A program made the translations under genes and the position numbers. Under the pieces are notes generated by a model. The model ran no database searches, was not told the DNA's origin, and was given only the letters and a program-made list of their open reading frames with translations. Positions 58,196-64,000 of a stretch of DNA of 64,000 nt are shown piece after piece. Numbering within the stretch: the first letter of the stretch is position 1; every line of letters starts with the position of its first letter. This DNA is from an uncultured Acidobacteriota bacterium (GTDB taxonomy: Bacteria > Acidobacteriota > Terriglobia > Acidiferrales > UBA7541): contig CAVPFR010000029.1 in the NCBI GenBank assembly GCA_963703785.1, forward strand, positions 19,036 to 83,035. Reading direction: 5' to 3'.

Positions 58196-58394
58196 CTTGC
58201 CGTGCCCTCCGCGCTAGGCACAAAAGCCGGCCACTCGCCCGGGAGTGAACCGGCACAGCAGAATTTACGCGCCTCGATGTGCCAGTGCAAGTTTTTTTCG
58301 TGGGATTAAGAGACTCTTGCCACTTAAAAGCCGCTCTCATCACTTATACAGATGCGCGGCGAACCTACAGGGTGAGCGAGTCGAGAAAAAAAGT

Positions 58395-59696
58395 TCAGGG
58401 GAAAAGGCCCCGCGTCAGCATCGCTTCCGTCACGCGGCTCACTGCCAGCACGTAAGCGCCAGCGCGAGAGTGCGTGCGGTGTTTGCGCATCATCATGTAT
58501 ACGTCATTGAACGCGCGGCGCATGACCATCTCGAGCTTCTGGTTCACTTCGGTATCCTGCCAGTGGGAGCCTTGCAGATTCTGTGACCATTCGAAATAGC
58601 TGACGGCCACTCCACCGGCATTCGCCAGGATGTCTGGGATCACGAAAACGCCCTTGCGCGCCAAAACCTCGTCGGCATGGGGCGTGGTCGGCCCGTTGGC
58701 GCCCTCGGCCAGGATTTTGGCCTTGATTTGGTCGGCATTGTGCAGCGTTATGGCGTTTTCCAGCGCCGCAGGCACGAGAATGTCGCATTTCAGCGCGAGC
58801 AGGTCTTCATTGGAAATTCGCGACGCGCCCGGCATGCCCACAACGGTTCCGGCGCGCTCCTTATAGCGATACGCCTTGAGCGGATCGATTCCGCGCGGAT
58901 TCAGCACGCCGCCCCGCGAGTCGCTGACGGCCACAATCTTTGCTTTTTTCTCGGAAAGGATGCGCGCCGCCGCCGAGCCCACATTTCCGTAACCCTGCAC
59001 CGCCACGCTCGCCCCGCGCAGAGACATCTTCTTCAACTTACAGGCTTCCTCGATGGCAAAGGCTAGGCCTCGAGCCGTGGCATCCGCGCGGCCTTCCGAG
59101 CCGCCCAGCGAAACGGGCTTGCCGGTAACGCACCCGAGCGCGGCTTCGCCGGCCAGAGTGGAATACGTGTCCATCATCCACGCCATCGTTTGTGAGTCTG
59201 TCGCTACGTCCGGAGCAGGAATATCCCGTTCCGGTCCCAGAATGGGCATGATTTCGTAGGTGAATCGTCGCGTCAGCCGTTCCAATTCGGTTCGCGACAT
59301 CCGCTTCGCGTCGCAAATCACGCCGCCTTTGGCGCCGCCGTAAGGAATGTTCACCGTGGCCGTCTTCCACGTCATCCACGAAGCGAGCGCCTTCACTTCG
59401 TCCAGCGTGAGATTCGGATGGTAGCGAACGCCCCCCTTCGCCGGTCCTCGCGCCATGTTATGTTGCACGCGATACCCAGCGAAAACCTTCACTTGGCCGT
59501 TATCCAGCTTGATCGGAATGGAGACTTCCATCACTCGCTTAGGGGTGCGCAGAATCTGCCGCAATCCCGCGTCGATCTTCAGAAACTCCGCGGCCATATC
59601 GAACTGCATTTGAGCGATGCGGAAAGGATTAAGATCTTCCCGAGGAGCGATTTTCGGAATCACCGGTTGCGGAATAGCTTTGGCCACCGTTCCCAT
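58395..59696 (-). CDS. gdh: Glu/Leu/Phe/Val dehydrogenase family, glutamate dehydrogenase-like
   Basis: PAKGGVRYHP..PYGGAKGG and GYGNVG dinucleotide motif. Confidence 0.85.
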   Translation of the reverse strand: MGTVAKAIPQPVIPKIAPREDLNPFRIAQMQFDMAAEFLKIDAGLRQILRTPKRVMEVSIPIKLDNGQVKVFAGYRVQHNMARGPAKGGVRYHPNLTLDEVKALASWMTWKTATVNIPYGGAKGGVICDAKRMSRTELERLTRRFTYEIMPILGPERDIPAPDVATDSQTMAWMMDTYSTLAGEAALGCVTGKPVSLGGSEGRADATARGLAFAIEEACKLKKMSLRGASVAVQGYGNVGSAAARILSEKKAKIVAVSDSRGGVLNPRGIDPLKAYRYKERAGTVVGMPGASRISNEDLLALKCDILVPAALENAITLHNADQIKAKILAEGANGPTTPHADEVLARKGVFVIPDILANAGGVAVSYFEWSQNLQGSHWQDTEVNQKLEMVMRRAFNDVYMMMRKHRTHSRAGAYVLAVSRVTEAMLTRGLFP

Positions 59697-59737
59697 CCAC
59701 TCTCCTTATCGTTTCGGCGCTCGTTGCGCCGTCACTT

Positions 59738-60019
59738 CTAGGCCCCTGCCGCGCGCGCAGCCGGCTGCGCGTACCGTTCACGGCACTCGGAGGAACAGAA
59801 GTGTGTGATATGGCCCGATTGCTCCAGCTTGACGGAAATCTCCGCGGAGACGTAGGTGCCGCAAACGGGGTCCCGGTGAAGCCGGTTTGCGGCGGGTGAT
59901 TTTCGAGGCGGCGCGCCGTGGGTCATTTGGAGGTCCGAGGCTTGGCGCACAAAAGAGATCAGCCCGCCCGTCACCACTCCCCACAGCACCACTCGAAATA
60001 TACGACTGAGCGAATTCAC
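59738..60019 (-). CDS. small membrane protein with C-terminal YHS/TRASH-like metal-binding motif
   Basis: GTG 60019 with GGAGA 6 nt upstream; one TM (VVLWGVVTGGLISF), then DPVCGTYV..HFCSSECRERY. Confidence 0.55.
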   Translation of the reverse strand: MNSLSRIFRVVLWGVVTGGLISFVRQASDLQMTHGAPPRKSPAANRLHRDPVCGTYVSAEISVKLEQSGHITHFCSSECRERYAQPAARAAGA

Positions 60020-60188
60020 TGGATTCTCCGAGCTCGTAGCAAACAAGGGCGCAGTGTATTGATTACCAAAAGCGGTTGTCAATTGAATCCGGCAGATCCT
60101 ATTGAATGATTGGTTCAACTTAGGACACTAGGACGGCGCGCATCTGCGCGTATCCCTATATGCAGCAGTTACTTACGGCACACTAAAG

Positions 60189-61463
60189 CTAACGGATGTG
60201 TGGTCGGATCGATTCGACCCCCATGTACGGCCGCAAAGCCTCTGGCATGGCGATCGATCCATCGGCCTGCTGGTAGTTTTCGAGCAACGCCAGCCATGTG
60301 CGCCCCACGGCGAGCCCCGATCCGTTCAATGTATGCACGAAATCGCTTTTTCCGCCCTTGGGCTTAAAACGAATGCCGCTGCGCCGCGCCTGAAAAGCCT
60401 CGCAATTGGAGCAGGAAGAGATCTCGCGGAACTCGTTGGCCGAAGGCAGCCACACCTCAATATCGTAGGTCTTGCTTGAGGCGAAGCCCATGTCCCCGGT
60501 GCAGAGGAGCATCACTCGATAATGCAGCCCGAGCTTCTGCAGCAGAGACTCCGCGTCGCCAACCAAGGATTCCAGCTCCTCATAGCTCTGCTCCGGCCGC
60601 GTGAACTTGAACATCTCCACTTTCTGAAATTGATGCTGGCGTAGAATGCCTCGCGTGTCTTTGCCGGCGGCGCCCGCTTCGGAACGAAAGCAGGCCGTCC
60701 AGGCGCAGGCCTTGACCGTTAGTTGGTCCGCATCGAGCGTTTCGTCCCGGTAAAGGCTGGTCAGCTCGACCTCGGCCGTCGGAGTCAGCCACAGATCGGT
60801 TCCCTCCAGATGAAACATGTCCGCCGCGAACTTCGGCAACTGCCCAACGCCGATAAGAGAAGCCGTGTTGACGAGAAACGGCGGAAGATATTCCGTATAC
60901 CCTTTGCGGGTATGCTCATCCAAGAAGAAATTCGCCAGCGCCCTTTCCAGCCGTGAGCCTAAGCCGCGATACAGCGCAAAACGCGCTCCCGCGATCTTTG
61001 CGGCTCGCGCCAAATCCAAAATGCCGGCTCGTTCGCCGATCTCCCAGTGCGGCTTCGGCGCGAAATCAAATTTCGGAGGGCTGCCCCAGCGGCGAACTTC
61101 CACGTTGCAGTTGGCATCGTGACCCTGCGGAACCGACGAATGCGGCAGGTTCGGAATGGACAGCATGAAATCCTGCAATTGCGGGTCCAGGCGGGCAATC
61201 TCCTCGTCGCCACGCTTGATCTCCTCCGATGCCGCTTTCATCGCCGCCAGCAGATCGTCGGCTTTTTCGCCCGCGCGTTTGCGCCGGGCAATCTCTTCGC
61301 TGGCGCGATTGCGTTCGGCCTTGCGCTGCTCGGTCGCGGTAACGAGTTCGCGCCGCTTGCGGTCCAGCGCGCGAAAAGCGTCGAAATCGATGCTTACGCC
61401 GCGGTTTGCCGCCATTTTCTCGAATTCAGGCAGGTGCTCGCGAAAATAGTTGAGATCATGCAT
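60189..61463 (-). CDS. serS: seryl-tRNA synthetase
   Basis: N-terminal coiled coil, class II motifs [25 protein letters not shown] and GSGLAVGRT. Confidence 0.9.
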   Translation of the reverse strand: MHDLNYFREHLPEFEKMAANRGVSIDFDAFRALDRKRRELVTATEQRKAERNRASEEIARRKRAGEKADDLLAAMKAASEEIKRGDEEIARLDPQLQDFMLSIPNLPHSSVPQGHDANCNVEVRRWGSPPKFDFAPKPHWEIGERAGILDLARAAKIAGARFALYRGLGSRLERALANFFLDEHTRKGYTEYLPPFLVNTASLIGVGQLPKFAADMFHLEGTDLWLTPTAEVELTSLYRDETLDADQLTVKACAWTACFRSEAGAAGKDTRGILRQHQFQKVEMFKFTRPEQSYEELESLVGDAESLLQKLGLHYRVMLLCTGDMGFASSKTYDIEVWLPSANEFREISSCSNCEAFQARRSGIRFKPKGGKSDFVHTLNGSGLAVGRTWLALLENYQQADGSIAMPEALRPYMGVESIRPHIR

Positions 61464-61589
61464 GAACGGACAGGATACCGTAAGCGCGGGGCACGGGAAA
61501 CACCGCCCTTACCACGGGCGCAACTCTTCTCTCTTGGGCAACGCTGGTGGACGATATAGGATGACAGTTATCATGAACCATATTCGCTC

Positions 61590-62701
61590 ATGGAATTGAT
61601 GGAGCAAAGCGCGGCACTGCCCGTCTCAACGGCTTCAGACGGCGGCGAATTTCTGTGGGGTTTTTGGTACCCGGTCCTACGCGGCAAAGAAATACGCGGC
61701 CGAAGGCTGGTAACTGCGCAGCGCCTCGAGATCCCTCTCGTTCTCGGACGCGACGCCGAAGGCAAACCGTTTGCGCTGCGCGACGTCTGCCCCACCGCGC
61801 CTTCCCGCTTTCGCTTGGCCATTATGACGGGCAGACCGTCGAATGCGCCTACCACGGCTGGCGTTTCGACGCGCATACCGGCCAATGTTGCGTCATTCCC
61901 TCCGTCACGGACGACTCGAAGCTGCAGTGCGGCCGCATCTTTGCCGGCAGCTTCCCTTGCCAAGAGCGCGACGGTTACATCTGGGCCTATCTCGCCAACG
62001 CGGAAGGGCGTCCGCCTGCCGACGGCACGCTGCCGCCTGTGCCGGAATTGCCGAAATACAGCGGCAACTATCGCCTTGCGCATCTCTCTGCGACCCTGGC
62101 CTGCAGCATGGATACCGCCATCATCGGGCTGATGGATCCGGCTCACGGTCCGTTCGTGCACCGCTCCTGGTGGTGGCGAAGCCGCCACAGCATTCGCGAG
62201 AAGCAGAAAACCTTCGAGCCGATTCCTCGCGGTTTTCGCATGAGCCCGCACGCGCCGTCGGCCAATAGCGCGCCTTACAAGCTGCTGAAGATCTATGGCG
62301 CGGCAGTCACCACGCAAATTGATTTTGTTCTGCCCAATATGCGCACCGAGGAAGTTCGCTGTGGAAAATACTGGTTCACCAATCGCACCACCATCACGCC
62401 CATCCGGCGCGAGCTTTGTCGCCTTGATTTCTGCGCCGCCTGGAACCTCTTTTCGTGGCTTCCCTTGGTGGCGCCGCTGCTTCATTTTTTTGGAAAGCGC
62501 TTCATCGCCCAGGATCAGCGCGTGATCGAACTGCAAAAGCCCGGCCTCGAAGTGCAGCCCCGCATGATGCTGATCGACGATGCGGACCGGCAAGCGCGCT
62601 GGTATTTTCAGTTGAAGTCGGCGTATATGGATTCACAGCGCAATGGCGGGCCCATGCGGCACCCCCTGGAAGGCCCGGTCACGCTGCGCTGGCGCAGCTG
62701 A
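61590..62701 (+). pseudogene. Rieske [2Fe-2S] non-heme-iron oxygenase (PaO/vanillate-type), one frame break
   Basis: Rieske motif split: RDVCP / HRAFPLS..CAYHGWRF; join at C run 61790-61793 (CCCC where CCCCC restores CPHR). Confidence 0.75.
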
Positions 62702-62726
62702 TTTCGAAACTGGCTGCGTTGCTTAG

Positions 62727-63866
62727 TTATGTCTTGAGCCGCAGTATCTTGGTGAGGTTCCCGCCTAGGATCGCTTCCTTGTCGGCGTCGGAGATCTGCG
62801 CGTTGAGGACAGCATCGACCGTGTCCGGCCAGACCAGCGGAATGTCCGTGCCATAAACGATCTGGCTGGCGCCAACCTCCGCCACCAGATGTCGTATGCC
62901 CTCTGGCGAAAAGATCATCGAGTCGATATACACCTGCGACTTGAGATAATCACTCGGCTTCTTTTTGTTCAGGCAACCGGCATTCGCGCGCACCTCGCAA
63001 GCCACTTCGCTCCGGCCAAGATAAGACGGCATGTAGCCGCCCGCGTGCGCCGCCACGACTTTCAGATTCGGAAACTTATCGAATACGCCGTCGTAAATCA
63101 GGTGGGAGAGGAAGAGACTCGTTTCCAGCGGATTGCCGATGATATTTCCCAGATCGGCTCGCCCTTTGAAGGCATCCTCTTTTGCCACGTTCGTGGCGCC
63201 ATTGGGATGCATGAATACGATCACGTCTAATTCCTGCGCCTTGGCCCAGAAAGGATCGTACTTGGGATCGGAGAGCGGTTCACCTTCCACGTGGCCTCCG
63301 ATCGCCGCTCCCACCATGCCCAAATCCTTCACCGCATGCTCGAGTTGTTGAGCGGCCAGATCGGGAAACTGCAACGTGGGTGAGGTCATCGCCGCGAATC
63401 GATCGTGATGGGCGCTGCACCAGGCCGATAGCCCTTTATCCTGAACGTCAACAATCTTCGCGGCGAGATCGCGATCCGCCACCCCGTACCACCAGAACAT
63501 GTTGATATCCAGCACTTGGACATCGATGCCTCGCTTGTCCAGTTCCCGGATGCGATCGTCGCCCAGAGGCCGCCCTCCGCCGCCGCGGGCGAAGCGCTCC
63601 GCCGCAGTACCCTTCACGACGTCCGCGACTTCCGGAATCGAAGCGTGGGCATGCACGTCGATCACTTTGACGCGCTTGTTTCCGACGCGTACCTCGCGCC
63701 GCACCACGGGACCCGACGGCGCGTCCTCCTGCCGGCCACCGCCCCGGCCGCCGCGCCCTTGCCCCTGATTCTGAGCCAGCGCGTCACCGGTGAAGACACC
63801 GTTTGCAACCCACAGTCCCGCCGTCGCGCCCGCCACGCCCTTGATGAAATCTCTGCGATTCGGCAT
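62727..63866 (-). CDS. Tat-signal amidohydrolase (Amidohydro_2 / ACMSD-like)
   Basis: MPNRRDFIKGVAGATAG twin-arginine signal; VIDVHAH metal motif; ..GTD.. near the C-terminus. Confidence 0.7.
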   Translation of the reverse strand: MPNRRDFIKGVAGATAGLWVANGVFTGDALAQNQGQGRGGRGGGRQEDAPSGPVVRREVRVGNKRVKVIDVHAHASIPEVADVVKGTAAERFARGGGGRPLGDDRIRELDKRGIDVQVLDINMFWWYGVADRDLAAKIVDVQDKGLSAWCSAHHDRFAAMTSPTLQFPDLAAQQLEHAVKDLGMVGAAIGGHVEGEPLSDPKYDPFWAKAQELDVIVFMHPNGATNVAKEDAFKGRADLGNIIGNPLETSLFLSHLIYDGVFDKFPNLKVVAAHAGGYMPSYLGRSEVACEVRANAGCLNKKKPSDYLKSQVYIDSMIFSPEGIRHLVAEVGASQIVYGTDIPLVWPDTVDAVLNAQISDADKEAILGGNLTKILRLKT

Positions 63867-64000
63867 GCTCTCCCCCGTTCCTCTTGACGCTTGCTAAAGA
63901 TGGCGAGTTTTCGCCAGATGGCTTTCCCTGAGCCCGAATCATCCCTAAATTCGCCTGTCAGGCTATCACAGACCGCGCAAGAATTCCTCTGCTCAGCCCT

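Noticed and set aside
58196-58394. Expected TPP riboswitch upstream of thiD
   Set aside because: Reading the minus strand, I found no CUGAGA or ACCUGAUCUGGAUAAUGCCAGCG-type conserved cores.
1-64000. Programmed ribosomal frameshifting as an explanation for the frame breaks
   Set aside because: The breaks go in both directions, occur several times per gene, and show no shared slippery heptamer or downstream structure. The affected genes are not known recoding targets.

Overview
GC-rich (about 60% by eye) bacterial chromosomal segment. Gene content and synteny suggest an Acidobacteriota-like Gram-negative (bamA/tamB operon, small CarboxypepD_reg proteins, Tat substrates, sigma-54 regulator); that taxonomic call is inference only. 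All identifications come from motifs read in the supplied translations; no database search was possible. Most of the window is housekeeping: an EPS-type corner (PPTase, Wza-like exporter, sigma-54 activator, epimerase, NTP_transf_5), M20 dipeptidase, HU, pncB/pncA, der, MerR, tRNA-Pro(GGG), surE, rlmN, pgeF, acpS, pcm, tamB, a SurA-like chaperone, bamA, thiF-like E1, yebC, ruvC, maf, tatA, selB, a divergent pyr cluster (pyrD-rlpA-pyrF and pyrR-pyrB-pyrC), thiD, gdh and serS. No CRISPR array, transposase, integrase or recognisable defence genes were seen. Best candidates for something undescribed: (1) a translationally coupled circularly permuted ATP-grasp / alpha-E / transglutaminase triad (21924-25332), conserved but with no assigned function. 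(2) A 760-nt ORF-free convergent gap holding three copies of a 16-nt motif at exact 39-nt spacing inside an AT-rich patch (2237-2330). (3) An orphan LysW-like zinc-ribbon protein with a long acidic tail ending in Glu (31257-31496). (4) An AT-rich ORF-free island after tRNA-Pro/surE (17391-17905). About 25 reading-frame breaks affect about 15 genes. Most of those I localised (about 17) sit at short homopolymer runs, but they are strongly clustered: none in 26.2-47.3 kb, and 3-5 each in two transporter genes and surE. Sequencing error versus real gene decay therefore remains open.
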